A DNA stretch of 63,942 bases, counting the filler, from Hyphochytrium catenoides (Eukaryota; Protista; Hyphochytriomycota), in NCBI GenBank assembly GCA_900088475.1. It is 10 parts of 10 records of this genome, joined end to end, with 100 filler letters (N's around TTAATTAATTAA, not from the genome) between each part and the next. Parts side by side here need not be neighbours in the genome. Positions count along the whole stretch, not along the records: positions 34,955 to 49,133 come from FLMG01001721.1; positions 49,234 to 50,731 come from FLMG01001078.1; positions 50,832 to 53,716 come from FLMG01000734.1; 7 more parts are not named here. One strand, given 5' to 3'. The notes beneath the pieces are model-generated. The model saw nothing but the letters and a program-made list of their open reading frames with translations. It was not told where the DNA came from and searched no databases. Position numbers and translations under genes: made by a program. This document shows positions 38,263 to 51,511 of this stretch, in pieces; position 1 is the stretch's first letter; each line of letters opens with the position of its first letter.

Positions 38263-40341
38263 ATGGCTTTCTCGGCGCAGCAGTATCAGACGTTAGAGAT
38301 CCTCACCCGAATCTGTGCCGCCCTCTCCATAGCGGGGACCTCTGCCATTCTCCTCTCCTTCGCGCGAGACAGAGCAGGGTTCAAAAGCACTGCAAACAGG
38401 CTCATCTTCTTCCTTTCTCTCTCAGACTTTATCTGTTCCATCTTCCTCATTATCAGCCGCTCAGGCTTCACACTCTACGGACCAGACAGTGCGCTCTGCA
38501 GGATTCAGGGTTTCGGCGTCACGTACTTTATGTTAGCGGTAAGGACTAAATAATGTCACTCCTCTTCTTCTTCGCCATCTTTTTCTTCTCTTCTTTCCCT
38601 TTCATTATTCTTCTTTTCCTCAGGCCCTGCCCAACTCGCCTCCTTTCGCTCTCTTCAATAACTTCTTTCTTCGCGCTCCCACATCTCTTCCTTTCTCTGA
38701 TGGGTCAACACATTTAGTACGACCTCTAGTCCTTCCTCACTGCACTGGCCGTAGTAGCGGTATGATGGTGATCCCTTCTGGCTTCTTCTGCTCTTCCAAT
38801 GATGACTCCCTTTCCCTAATGCCGAACTGTCCTCAATCTTCTTCTAGTCAACACTATGGACCTGCGCATTGGCATGTAATTTGTTCCTCGCTACAGCGCG
38901 GAGGAAGAGCAGAGAAGAGCTAAGATCGTACGAGCGCTACTATCACACTATCGTCTGGGGCGTCAACCTCCTCTGGTGTGGCGTCTATCTCCTCCCTGCC
39001 CTGCATTTTAGAGACGGTGCGCCATTCTATGGCAATGCAGAGCTGTGGTGCTGGATCTCGGCCGAGTACCGCGAGTTCCGTCTTTATGTCTTCTACATTC
39101 CTCTCTGGATTGTCTTCGGAGTCGTACTCCTCGCGTACGTCTGGGTGGGAAAGATTGTTTATGGCATCACGGACAGGTAATGAAGCAGGCTTGAGGAAGA
39201 AGAGTTGCACTAGGTCACCATAGAAGGGAGAGAAGCGAATTATTTCTTGGACCATTTTTCAAGACGACAGAGCAGTTAACTTGGGGACAGGGAAGAGTAT
39301 TAGGGGGAATACGGCGTTGTATACCAGAAGACAGGGGAAGGGAAGCTGCGAGAAATCTGCCTGAAAGGAGGAAGGCTTGACTCACTTGTCTTCTCTTCTT
39401 CTTGTTCTGTCTCTCTTCCCTTGGCAGATGGATTAAGGGTGGCCAGCCCGGACAACAAGAAGTCTTTCAGAAGTTAAACACTCGCTATTTCATCAAGACG
39501 AACCTCTACCTTCTCGCCTTCCTCGTTTGCTGGCTGCCAGCCACCGTCAACCGCATCATGGGCATGACCAACCCTAACAAGATGGTCTATGGACTCTTTG
39601 TAGCACATGCGGTGAGTCCTAGAGCTTCTAGCCTAACTTATTATAGGTCCCGAACAGCCTTTATTAACCTCTTCTCTCATCCGCTTTGCGGCATTATTCT
39701 CTCCTGCCCATTGTTCCTTGCAGATCCTGGTGCCGCTGAATGGCTTTATAAACTCAATCATATACTTTTGGTCGGGTGCTTTCTACAGAATGAGAGATAG
39801 GAGGTTGAGGGGCGACGATGGCTCAGCTGCGAGAGGGGGAGGCACATCTGACACAGATAACGAGGGAAGGCAGCAGTCCCAGGAAAGAGGTGCAGGAGGC
39901 GGCGGATACAGAGCTTACAATGATCCGCACTCTACCGACCACTCCTTCACCTGCCAGGAGGACGCCTCTTCCTCGTACAAGAGTGTTATGAATAGCTTTA
40001 CTAGGAGTACGGTCTCTCACCTCTGGCCGCGGCGATACCAGCACCAAGGGACATCTGAGAACCAAGACGAGAGCGTGGACATGTCACCTGTGCCTTCTCT
40101 CTTTGCCTACGAGGACTTCAATGGCTCCCTCAGCATGTCTTCATCACCTGGGTCTTCTTCTCCTTCTCCATCTCGTCGCTCGTCCCAGCCAGTAACGCTA
40201 AGGGAGCTTGGAATCCAGGAGATTGACATCGATGATCCTGCGCTGATGATGGAACCGATAGAGGAGTTTATCCTGCCAGAGGAGGCTAGCTTTCGAGCAT
40301 CAGCGCAGGCAACAGGAAGGGGCAGCTTGTGGCGAGCATGA
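38263..40341 (+). CDS. 7-TM GPCR of the cAMP-receptor-like (Dictyostelium CAR/Crl, plant GCR1) family; exons ~38263-38538, 38848-39176, 39428-39611, 39724-40341
   Basis: LSIAGTSAILLSF, NRLIFFLSLSD, LCRIQG, WTCALACNLF, YERYYHTIVWG, YGNAELWCWI, FYIPLW, YLLAFLVCWLPATVNRI, PLNGFINSIIY; long Ser-rich C-tail. Confidence 0.92.
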
Positions 40342-40961
40342 TCACCGACCAAGACAACCTGAGCATCCTTGTTCATTGTGAGTGTGTCGCTGGTGTTGCA
40401 GGACACATCTTAGACAACAGACAACAAGGACGTAGGGTCACCACAAGCGAGGTTATTAAGCGTCCTCTTTGGGGCGCTGGCTTGGCGCTGATCTTCTAGT
40501 CTCTTCATGCTCCGTATTATATATTTATGGTTCGATAGTGTTAGGTGCTTCAGGAGTCTAGTAGCAGCTTACAAGAGCAGTCCAATGTTGATGTCAAAAT
40601 AAGTCTAGCAACCTCTCTCCAGGGCCATAGAATCAGCATCGTCCTTCTCCTATTGCTCCACTCCCTCATCTCTTTTGAGCTTCGAAGAGCTACACTGTTA
40701 GCAGCAGCGACCTAGTCAACCAGTTAAACTCCGCAAGTCTTACGCTTAGTGCTTGGCCTAAAAGAAAGCGACCAAACAGTGTCGTATGTGTAATAAGCAG
40801 CTGGGACGGACCGACGAGGAAGAAGTGTGATGACCGAAGCATCTAAGTGCGCGCCGGCGCCGCCGTGGAAATCAAAAAAATGGGAAAAGAAAGCAGCTGC
40901 TGTGCAAGAAGAGACTTTTCATCTTGAGAGGCAGGCTTTCCGCCTTAGGCGGTTTCGTGGC

Positions 40962-43900
40962 TCAAAGCAGCCAAAAAGATATGAAAATTGCGATACCAAA
41001 GACCGTCCAGGGTATTAAGGGAAAAGCTGTCCCTTCAGGAGCTAGAGACGAAGAAGAACTGTCCTCGTCAACGGGCGTCATTGAACCCTCTCCCTTCCCG
41101 TACGTGTCCTCTATGTCTACAGAGACTTTCTTCCCTGAGAACACGCGAGAATCTCTTTGCTTCACATCCTCAACGAAGAACCATTCCACGTTGACGGCAT
41201 CCTCGGACAGACTTAGAACGTAATACCCGTGATATTGCAGATCCACCCAGCGAACTTGCTTCTCAATCGTGCGGATCGTGGCCTCAGCGGCACTTACCAC
41301 GATGTCGCTTGAAAGAGGCAGAGGAGAAGACACTGAAGGAGTGATAAGCTCAATCCCAAGCTTCTGCAACCGTTTGTCGTCCTGTCCGCCTGTGAAGGGG
41401 ATAAAGCCCCAAGGATCCGATCGGGAAGGATCATACATTACGTCCACAAGCCATGAAGTGTGGATGTCTCCTGTCATCCAGATTACATTCCTAGCATAGG
41501 GAAGACAAGAGATACCTTCACATACAGGGAAGTGACGCCGACTAATAACTTGGCAATAAGTGGAGCAATACTGGCATTGAGGGGCAAGGGATACTTCTAT
41601 TCCAAGATGCAAGGATAGGCGTAGAAGAGAAGAGTAGTCAACAGAAAGCTCGCGGGACAAGATGCAAGGACAGGCGTAGAAGAGACGAGTAGTCAACAGA
41701 AAGCTCGCGGAGTCGGCCCACTTTACGACGGAGAGGACGCAGAACGACGGAGCAATAGCTGATGATGAACAATCCCTTCTTCTATGTCATACCTGATGTT
41801 CCCTTCCGCGATGACGCCCTTTACTCTTTGTCTGTTGGCCGGGTAGCCATTCCAGGAGTCCGCTAGCAATGTTCGGTCTATTATGTTCTGCTCTTCCAGC
41901 TTCAGGGCTGAAAAGATCACCTATATGAACGGCATGTCTTCAGACTTGCATGATTGGAGGCACATCGTAGTCAGCTGTTACCTGATTAGCTATGAGCTTC
42001 CATTTGACTTCATCCTTCTCAGCTTGGAGGATGGTATCGTTAAACCATTGCTCTTGCTCTTGGCCCAGCATAGTCCTGTTCCACCGCTCTTCATGAGTCG
42101 AGCGTGATGCCGCAGGGGCCGATGGCGGTTAGGGGAAGTTCGTAATACTTTAAGAAAAACGAATGACGACGTGAGGGCTAGGAGAGAAGAAGGAAAGGTT
42201 ACTGGCTGGCGGTCGTGGTTGGTGGTATCCATAAGAGCCTTCTGCTCATGGATTTCAGAGCCATCACTTACGGAGAACGCTGGGGTCCGCACTTGCGTTG
42301 TCTCTTCCATATATCCTGGTGTCCAGCATTATCGTTTCCTGGCACGGTGAAGGGGGATCTATAATAAGTAACCAAGCAAGACAGAAGAGCAGCACCTCTT
42401 TTCTCTTCACGTTGCTGTTCTGAGCTTGTTCTTATCTCTCTTCTTCCTTTTGGCGTCTATCTTTCCGCTCGTCTGCCTTAGCGTGGGTACCGTCTCTGGG
42501 TCACGGTGCGTTACTGACGTACCGCGAACTTGCCAAAACGGAACGATCGGAAGATTCGTGTCTTCCCTTCCGACTCTCTTTGCGCCCGGACCGGTGTATA
42601 CTCCAAGTACGCTTGAATTGCTTCCTGCTTTCGCTCCTGCCACGGCCCTTCATCAGGATCGTGCTCCTTCGCTCCATCCTCCCAGGCATTGTTGGCAAAC
42701 TCTAGAGACAGACCGTGAGAGTTAGGAGCGCAACAATAAAACTCTCTACTCTCTGGGCGATTCTGCTTATTCGTGGCACCCTTTATCCTTGCACTCCTTC
42801 TAGTTCTCTCTTCTTTCCCATCCCCTGGCCTCCCTTTCCTTAGGAACGACAGTCTCTTCTGCTGCCGTACCGTGGTCGTCCCAGATCATGAACCAAGGAA
42901 ACCAGCGCATGGCTTGCACCAAGGAGCTCGTGTTCCTATATTGAGCATACCGCGTCCGATATGTCGTGAGATTGACAGCCTCCCGAGGAGGGTCCGGCAG
43001 TCGGTCAATTGGGCTTCCAGACTGAAAGCCCTCTGGACCGTACTCATAGATGCTAAAAATGGCCAATAGCAGCAGAGAGACTACTGTCAGAGAAGTCACT
43101 TGGAACATGCAAGACTCAGTAGCAGTAAGGTTGACAAGGCCTGCTCCATTTATCAGAAGACCAGCGGGGAGTCGAAGCAATAATAATTCAAGATAAATCC
43201 GGGACGGCCGCACTGAAGGGAGGGAACAGGAGGAACAAAAGAAGAGTAGAGAGATTTTTTGAAGGAGGGCAACGTGAAAGGAGATGCCCAAGACGTTAGG
43301 CTCTACGTACAAGTCGCCTAAGAAGACAACCCCAAAGAGGTCCGTTGCATTAGCGATGTGGTCCAAGGCAACGAAATATCCTCCTGGATAGTTGATGCAG
43401 CTCACCACAGCTAGTTCAAGCGACTCAACGTCCCTTGAAGGCAGCGTCCTAGTGCGGCCGATGATGGACCTAGTTGAGTTGGACTCGTCCATGAAGCGAT
43501 AGTAATACGTCTGATCAGACTCCAATCCATCAACTATGAGCTGATAAGGGAAGAACATAGCAAACAAGAGAAAAGCAGATCAGGAGTATTAGGGGCAGTC
43601 ACGGGGTCGTTAGAAGTTGAGACTTTGGCGGTCCTTCGTCTATTCCCTTACCTTCACAGTCCAGTCCGTGCTGCTGTTTGTTTGGACATTGCCGTCTTTT
43701 ACCATGTCCCAGATTCGTTCCTCCATGTCACTGGACCTCCCAACCTCCCAGCGCAAGGTAAGAGTGCCATCCTCGGTCTGGCTCTCTTCCTCCTGTTGTT
43801 GCCCAGGAGACGATGAGGTTGGAGCAGTGCTATTAGAAGCCTTGGTCCAGAGAACAACAGAGTCTTGATATGGATCTCCCGAGGCTACTCCCCAGTAGAA

Positions 43901-44044
43901 CTCGGCAGCCAGACAGAAGAGATTTTGACCGCCATTGCGAACCTTATAGCTGCTATCAATGTTAAGCCTTGGCGTAAGAAGCAGCGTGAGGCCCAGGAGG
44001 GCGGGAGCACAATGACGAGGGCGAAGGCATACGATCGGCATCAT
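40962..44044 (-). CDS. phoD: PhoD-family alkaline phosphatase/phosphodiesterase, multi-exon, N-terminal signal and C-terminal hydrophobic anchor
   Basis: GVASGDP...VVLWT, LRWEV, DWTVK, GL...TYYYRF, GRTRTLP, SCINYPGGYF, FLGD..YEYG, YRTRYAQY, WDDHEFANNAW, MLDTR, LGQEQEQW, DSWNGYPANR, TGDIH, YHGY; ends PWTVFGIAIFISFWLL*. Confidence 0.95.
41603..41711. repeat. Two-copy 55-bp tandem duplication inside a phoD intron
   Basis: CAAGATGCAAGGAYAGGCGTAGAAGAGAMGAGTAGTCAACAGAAAGCTCGCGG at 41603 and 41658. Confidence 0.9.
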
Positions 44045-46344
44045 GGCGATCGCCGAAATGTGTGAGAGGACAAGAACAACTTGGTGACTGCTATGTGGTG
44101 CTTAGAACTACTCTGTTGGACAAGAGAAACAGCAAGGCAACGCTCACGTGTCGTCTCCCGCCTCGGGCAAACAGAGCGAGAGAAAGGCAATGCGAACGAG
44201 CAAGGGCGAAGAATATTACTTGGGCTACTACGCGGTCAGCAAGAAATATAGCAGGAGATCTGCAAGCAGAGCGGGCAAGTTGGAAACTGAGAGCGATTGT
44301 TTGATGATCAAGCACGCTATACTAAAGAGCTTACGGTAGAAGCCTAGCGTCAGAAAGCCAATGCTCTGCATAGCATGGAGCTTGTACATTGGCTTACTCC
44401 GTCCCTTTACATCTGTTTCGTGCAATAGCAGGAAACGGTCATGACTATCATCGATGCTGCTGACGCCAGAGCAAAAGGCATTGAGGAACTGTAGCAATCA
44501 GGTGGTGATGGCCAGTAAGCTCGCTCGTCTTAGGCTCCAGGCGTCTTGGGCACTGCGAGGAGCTCGCGATGACTTACCGAATGCTGGCTGTCAGCATCGG
44601 AGCTCACTTCACCTCAGGCAAATCTATTCTTTCATCTATCTCATCCTCCTTTTCATTCTCCTCCTCATTAGTCCCCGGCGGCGGGAGGAGGAACCGAGAA
44701 CAGGACTCTGGACCGCCATATTCTCACGCGTGTTTGCGGGTGGGGCTATCTGCTGCTGCTTGCATCCTCTTATACTCTACCCTGCTCTGCGTCTCTTGTT
44801 TATGGCAAACAAGTCGACGGTCCATCCTGCTGGGCTCCGCCTTTTCACTGGCTCCAAGTTCTCTCGCTGCCATCGCTCTGCTGTCTCATGTCTTCACGCA
44901 GTTGCCTTCCGAAAGGGACACCCGTAATGTCGAAACTAACCCTCATTGGGACCGGCTTTAAATGAACATGGTGGGGTCTGGGTGAGCTAAAACACACATT
45001 CCGTATCCAGCCCTTGCCGAAACTAAAATAGCAGATTCACCACAGGGATTTTCCCGAATTGACACGCAAGAAGGTTCATCCTGCCTGTTGGTTACTCACG
45101 GAATGGAGCGGAGTGGAGCCTGTCCGAGCCTTTTTCTCCCCTGCCGCCGTCGTGGTCAACACTTTCTGGGAGCACGTCCTCAAAGCTCATCATCCGAGTG
45201 CCTAGCACCATCATCTATCCGCCACCCAGAGCCTCCTACGAGCTTCCTTCCTAGCTACTCTTTACCATCGTGGTTAGGTATGTGGCTATCTGATAAATGC
45301 CTGAGGTGGTGTCGTGGCGGTCGCGCCACTGAACGAAGAGACAATGCGGTGAACTCATGTCGTAAGGCAGTCTTATGTATCAGCATCATTAGACAAGGAA
45401 CAGGAGAGCCTGAGCTGCCAAAGATGGTGCGAACAGGAGGCCACAGTCCTAAGATCGAGAAAAGCTGAAGGGCTATTACGTCAGCTCTTCTTCCTGAGAG
45501 GATCAGCAGGAGGATGCGAACTCTCCGATTTCAATTGGCTTCCTCTTTCCTTCTATAATCCTCGCGCCTCACCCGAAAAAGACAGCCTCGAAGCTGCTGC
45601 CACCTCCCTTGCTTCTTGATTCATTAGTGATAGAATGCCAGAAGACGTCATAGAGTTAAGAAGAAGGGGCAGCAACAAACGTTCAATCTCTTACCGTTGA
45701 CTTGAGGACGACAAAGCATCTTAGTAAGGGCCATCAAGACGATTGGATCTACTCACCCCAAACTCTCGACAAAGGAAGAAGGCAGCATGAGGCCGGCCCC
45801 AAGTCATCAAGCACACGTCTCTTATTAGGAGGAGAGGCACTTGTAGATGCAAAGGAAGATGTACTTAGTCATTCGTAGCCTAGACCTCTCTCTCTCTCCT
45901 CTACATTCACAAGGCGTACCAGTCACTCTGTAGAGCCCAACGTTCTCTTGATGACGCCTTTGGATCGTGACCATCCATTTGACTATGTCATGCTTGCTTA
46001 CGTTCGGCCGTCATGGTGCTACTTCTTTGCGAGACGACCAGCAGCTTATCCAGGCAGTGAATAGACCACTATCAAATCTTAACATACCTCTGTCCCATGT
46101 CCTGAGTAACAAACACGGCTTCCATTTTGTTTGCATCACGGACTTCTCCAAACTGACTCCTCTAGTACCCTGATGATGCCTGCCGTCTACATGCCCGCCG
46201 CCTGGAGCGGTGATCGTTGGTATACAGGTTGCTGTTGTCGAGCTCCTTCCCTGGTAGTAGTGGTAGTGATGTGCTGCTGTGGAACCTCTGTTGATGAGAA
46301 GGCGATGGCAGAGTGCTGTTCTTCTGCTTCAGGACTACGTTCGA

Positions 46345-47094
46345 TCAGGCTTCCTCTTTCTTTCCGCGCGCCCTGCATGTTGCATGCCATATATAGGACG
46401 CAATCAGTATGACAACGAGAGCAACACCCACAGTGATCCCTGCAATCACCCGTGGGGTAAGTATCCTGCGCTCGAGCGTGATGCTGGAGCTGTCATCATC
46501 CCCACGACTAGGAGTAGGCGCCATAAAGGGAGAAAGGTCGAGGTCAGGGTCCGACGAGGGAGAGGGGCCAGTCCTGCCACTAGGAGTCGGCGCCCCCATC
46601 GTAGTAGGAAGCGGTGTCCAGACCGGAAAAGGAGGATAGTCTTGATCAGAAGAACCTACGCCTTTAAGATTTGGGGGACAGGTGGCGATACAAGTAAGGA
46701 AAGCTTGAGGGTTCGCAAGGATGCACTTCGTCTGGCCAGGGAGGATGACCCTTGGACTTGGATCGGAGAGGTTCATACATAACGGACGCCTCTCACATTG
46801 GGCATAAGGAAAGGCCTCAGGGGTGACGTTGCCTTTTCCTGGGCACTGAAAGCATATGGCACCAAGTAAAGGTACGGGTTGGATCTTGCCCACAGGGCCG
46901 AAGCCGGATTCCTCACAGCTGGCTCCAATGACGATGCTACCAGCGCATACTATTGGCTTGAGGCAGCCGCCGCCGTCGTCGGCTGGTGGGCTCTTTCCTT
47001 CTATAAGAAGTGCTGCTGGATCCTCGGCACTTGAAGAAAGGAGAAGGATGCTGAAGAAAAGCAAATAGCTGCTGCTGCCTAACATCATCTTCAT
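46345..47094 (-). CDS. Type I membrane protein, 249 aa: signal peptide, Cys-rich ectodomain, Pro/Thr/Ser stalk, one TM, short tail
   Basis: MKMMLGSSSYLLFFSILLLSSSA signal; about 10 Cys in the ectodomain; PTTMGAPTPSGRTGPSPS stalk; VIAGITVGVALVVILIASYIW TM. Confidence 0.7.
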   Translation of the reverse strand: MKMMLGSSSYLLFFSILLLSSSAEDPAALLIEGKSPPADDGGGCLKPIVCAGSIVIGASCEESGFGPVGKIQPVPLLGAICFQCPGKGNVTPEAFPYAQCERRPLCMNLSDPSPRVILPGQTKCILANPQAFLTCIATCPPNLKGVGSSDQDYPPFPVWTPLPTTMGAPTPSGRTGPSPSSDPDLDLSPFMAPTPSRGDDDSSSITLERRILTPRVIAGITVGVALVVILIASYIWHATCRARGKKEEA

Positions 47095-49234
47095 ACTACT
47101 TGGTAACTCGAGGTGCGTGTGCTGCGCATTAGCGGCTTATCCATCCATTCATTAGGTTCAACAAATTTGAAGGGATGCCCGTTCAGACACTGCTTTCTGA
47201 CAAAGCTTGAGGTGCCTGGCGCCCAATACTTGCTTCCTATCGTCAGCAGTAGGCTTATCCTCCTCTGCTAAGCCAACTACTGTTTGTCTCAAGGAGAGAA
47301 GAAGGCTGCTACGTTATAGAAAGAAGAAAGAATAGAGAAGGGTCGACGTCCTGAAGGATGTCCTTTTCTGCTGCGGGCGGGCCTCAGTCTCCTTTGTTGA
47401 GCTCCTCCTGTTACTTCCTGGCAAGACCGTCATAACCAAAGCAAAGCCTTGCTGATACTGTTGGTGTTTGTCCTCCTCCTACCCAAACATAGTAATAGCC
47501 AGCTCTTCGTGGCCCACCACAACGCATCGTTGTCCTATCGTCTGCTGCTGTTGGAGGATGGTCCCAGTGGCGGTATTATGGTTACCATTATTTTCCTCTT
47601 GTTATAACACTGATGAAACAGAAAGAGAATGATGGTCGTCGAGAGGAACGAAGAGATGATGCAACGCCAAAATGGCGGGCTCGCCGCGCCGCTAGTGCTG
47701 CTCCAGCTCTCGAAGTAGTTGGACATCTGCACAGTAACGGTTAGTTCTTCCATTGTTACTACTCCGAAGAACCAGCAGCAGCCATACCGCCATCCCCACA
47801 GGAGGAATGCTTCATTCGACACACTCGTCTTAGATACAGGCGTCGTCGTAGGTCCATTATTGCCGGTTGTTGGAGGACGTTCCTGCTCTTCTACGATGAC
47901 GGCATGCTGCTGTGAGCTTCTTCTTCTTCTTCTTCCTTGTCAGCCTCACTCGCCCTTTATTCTGTTCCATTACCTACCTCCAGGTGCAGCATAATAGGTC
48001 GCCCTCGCTTCGGAAGGATGCTGCCACCACCTGATTTTTCTTCCTTACTTTGTTTCCGCTGATACTTGACGTCGTTCCTCCCTGTCGCTTCTGCAGCTTC
48101 CGCTTGGAATCCTTTCCTTTCCAGATCCTCTCACTATTCTTTTTTGCTGATGAAGACAACTCTGCATTCGCAGGTAGGAGGATGGAAGAGTTCCCGCGGC
48201 TTTGGGAAGGACAGGACGAGGGATATTCCGTTCCTTTCTGGCTGTTACTCACGATGATATCTCTTGTTGTTCCGCTGCCTTTTGCTTGTTGCTCCGCCCC
48301 TTCACATCGATTGACCCTGGATAGCGGCGGGAGGATGATGATGGATCAGCAAGGGTTGACCAAACATCAACATCATCCTCGATTCTCAGCAGCAGCAGGC
48401 AGACGCGTTGGATCTTCTTTAATTTTCTCGCTTTGCTCAATCTTCCTGGGGTCTATTTGTCGCTCATGCAGTAGGTAGTGCCTCTGTTGACTGATCTCTC
48501 CTCGTGGTTAGTACTTTGGACCTTCCATTCATCACACTACTTGCGCTACGACGCTCAGAAGAGCTGCTACGAGCCACCAGCTCTTTATTCTTTCAACCAC
48601 TCCCTGTTGTCCTCTTTGATTCGGGTGGTGATGATGGAGCAACCTCAGAAGAAATAGGCCCGGGCTGGCTGCGGCTTGAGAGGAAGAAGTGCTGGATGAG
48701 GAGGAGGAGGGAGGAGGTCCGGGCTTCCAGGGTCAGGATCGGGTCCGGTGGTACACCACGACGTGTTGCTGAAGAAGAAGGAGGAAGACAAGAAAAACGT
48801 GTGCAAGAACAACGAAGTGGAGGGACGAGAAGATATGCTTCTGCAGCCACAAGGGCTTCTCGGTCCGGAGGCTGCCTGAGGTGGCTCCGCTCCTCCACCA
48901 CTCCGTCCTCCTCTGTCCCGGGTCCACCTCGCGCGTGGAAAAAAGGACAACATCACCACCGATCAATTCACTGTTGTTATTATAAAATCATTATCATGAA
49001 GACAGTGTCTGCTTTTGAACGTTGTTGTTGATTTATTGTTAAAAATTGATGTTCAAACAACATTCAATAACTCCAACCCAGTGTGTAATTTCTTTTGGCG
49101 CTAATCGATATCGTTGCGCCTTTTCAGTTTTCANNNNNNNNNNNNNNNNNNNNNNNNNNNNNNNNNNNNNNNNNNNNTTAATTAATTAANNNNNNNNNNN
49201 NNNNNNNNNNNNNNNNNNNNNNNNNNNNNNNNNC

Positions 49235-49522
49235 GTCGGGCTTGTTATCTGGACCATGTCACTGGTGGGCTCGCTTGGCTTCCAAGGGCGTGCCTTCTAC
49301 GATGCTCTTATCTTTTTCTTGGTCTTCATTGGAATGGTGGTGTACTACTATGCTTATGCAAGGACCCGCCAGACGTTATCTGCAGAAGAGAACAAAGTGC
49401 TACTGGTTGCGCATGTGATGAGGTTCAATAAGAGTAACACGAAGAACAGGAGTGCCGACAAGAAGATACATGCCTCTAACCACTCTCAGTCGACTCACAA
49501 GTCTAAAGGTTCTTCTAGCTAA
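49235..49522 (+). CDS. 3' fragment of a membrane protein, possibly an APC-family amino-acid permease
   Basis: Frame is open from the contig edge. Two terminal TM helices are followed by YYYAYARTRQTLSAEENKVLLVAHV, which resembles C-termini I recall from stramenopile APC permeases. Confidence 0.4.
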   Translation, partial: VGLVIWTMSLVGSLGFQGRAFYDALIFFLVFIGMVVYYYAYARTRQTLSAEENKVLLVAHVMRFNKSNTKNRSADKKIHASNHSQSTHKSKGSSS

Positions 49523-51511
49523 GCCTTCGGTCAAGGTAAGTGCACGAGGGACAATCATTCTAGAAAGGAGAAGGTAGTACGATCCAAGCAAGGGAGGAGG
49601 ACATTGCAAAGAGTGAACTGCAACGAGTGAAGAAGACAAGCTCTACAGGCGAAGAAGAAGCATCATAGAACCGTCTTCGTTCTAGGCTTAGCTTTCTTTG
49701 ATATTCTCTTTATAATACTAGATGATGAGTCACATCCCCCTCTTGTTCGGTCTCCGTTCCGCCGCTGTTATTATGGTTCTCCACTTGTTGTTCTTCTCCC
49801 TATCTTCCCGTCAATATCTCTATCTTCCTCATCTGCAGTAACTACATAAGGGCATTCCCTTGGCATATCTATTTATCAAGAAGCTTAACATTATGGGCAC
49901 TGTGCTAGCGTGACGGTGGTGCAGCTACTGGTCATACAAACAGCTGCGTGTTCTGCCTGTTGTTTCTACTAGAGCGCGGAGTGCCTACAAATCCGCCAGA
50001 CAGTGAGGCAAGATAAACTACCTTGTCTTGAAGGAGACGGTCTGTCCAATGAACAAGAGCTCTACCTCATCCCAATAACATTCACTGATAGATAGCCTTA
50101 TTTCTAGTTGTCTTATGGCATTGATTGACTCTTCATCAACCTTTCGTGGCTGCTTCCCAAGGTAGTAGGTAGTAGTAGGAAAGCAGAGCTAGTTCTATAC
50201 GTCAGAATCTTACTATTATGACCCTGGCCATGTACCATCATCATCACGATCAGGTAGATTGTCCATCATACTACTAAAAAAGCTATGGAGTCAGTCCAGA
50301 AGGCAGTAGTAGTACTAGACCTTCCTCATCGATCGCCACAATGGTCCGACCCGGACTCGAATTAGGCCAAAGCGGCACTAGGCGCTCTTTCTGCTGACTT
50401 GTTATTAGAGCAGCAGAGCCGCCTTACTCTATCGACCTCTTCCTGGAGATAACTGCATCTTCTATTCCATTACTGAGTGACCTCACGGACGCCGCCCATG
50501 ATGAAGCTCAAGGGAGGCGGCGGCGGCCGACGACGGACTCACGGGCGCGCGGCGGCGGCGCTGTTGACCTTTCAGTCGATGTAACAGCTCGTCTTCCAGC
50601 AGGTTATTACCCTTTTATAGACAGCAGGAATTATCATCAATAAAGCTGCTAATAAAATGTCTAAAATTGTACTGTCAATAGAGCCTATCCTCATTTGCTG
50701 CATTTTTTTTTCTTATTGCTTCCTACAAACANNNNNNNNNNNNNNNNNNNNNNNNNNNNNNNNNNNNNNNNNNNNTTAATTAATTAANNNNNNNNNNNNN
50801 NNNNNNNNNNNNNNNNNNNNNNNNNNNNNNNCCGTATACTATACCTCGTGGAGCTTGGAGCAGAAGAGATTGCTGCATCATCTCGCCAAGCATCCAGGAT
50901 GATGGCTCTCTTGGAAGTCATAAGGCCGGCCTGTTGGCCGCAGGAAGAGAAATGCCCACTGATTAGCAAGTAGCCCTCTGTCAAAGATATCTATAATGTC
51001 CATTGGACATGGCGACGTGGTGTTCGCTTCTTGAGCTCACTCTAAGGTAAGAGAGAGGTTGGGCGAGAGACTAGCATACGCTGAAAGCCATGGAATGATG
51101 AGGCTCCACCCATGCTGTATTGACTCTTCTATCACTCATAAGAGTATCTAAGGAGATCGAGGCTTCTAGGACTCTTGGGATTGACAGCAAGACGAGCCTG
51201 CCGCTCTCTCGCCTTCCCTCAAGCTACCGACAGTATGGACAAAACTACGGAGAAGTTTTGGGGATGAAAGTAGTGAGGGTTAGAACGATGATCAAGAGAA
51301 AATATTAGCAGCTCGCTGGGCACCAGCACAGCGGACGGAGCTGAGAACCATGAGCAGAACATAGACTGGCGGCTTCTCATGTGATCCCAACACTGCCAGA
51401 ATTGTGATAGAAAGAGCTCCAGAGCATATGAACAGAGCCACCCGTCATAAGGTAGTAGGTCACGTGCTGTCGCCTTCTTTGTCCGCTTTCAGCAGTAGTG
51501 ACGTCAAAGAG

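Noticed and set aside
47200-49030. Ser/Lys/Arg-rich ORF fragments on both strands
   Set aside because: No coherent frame or motif; cannot assign.
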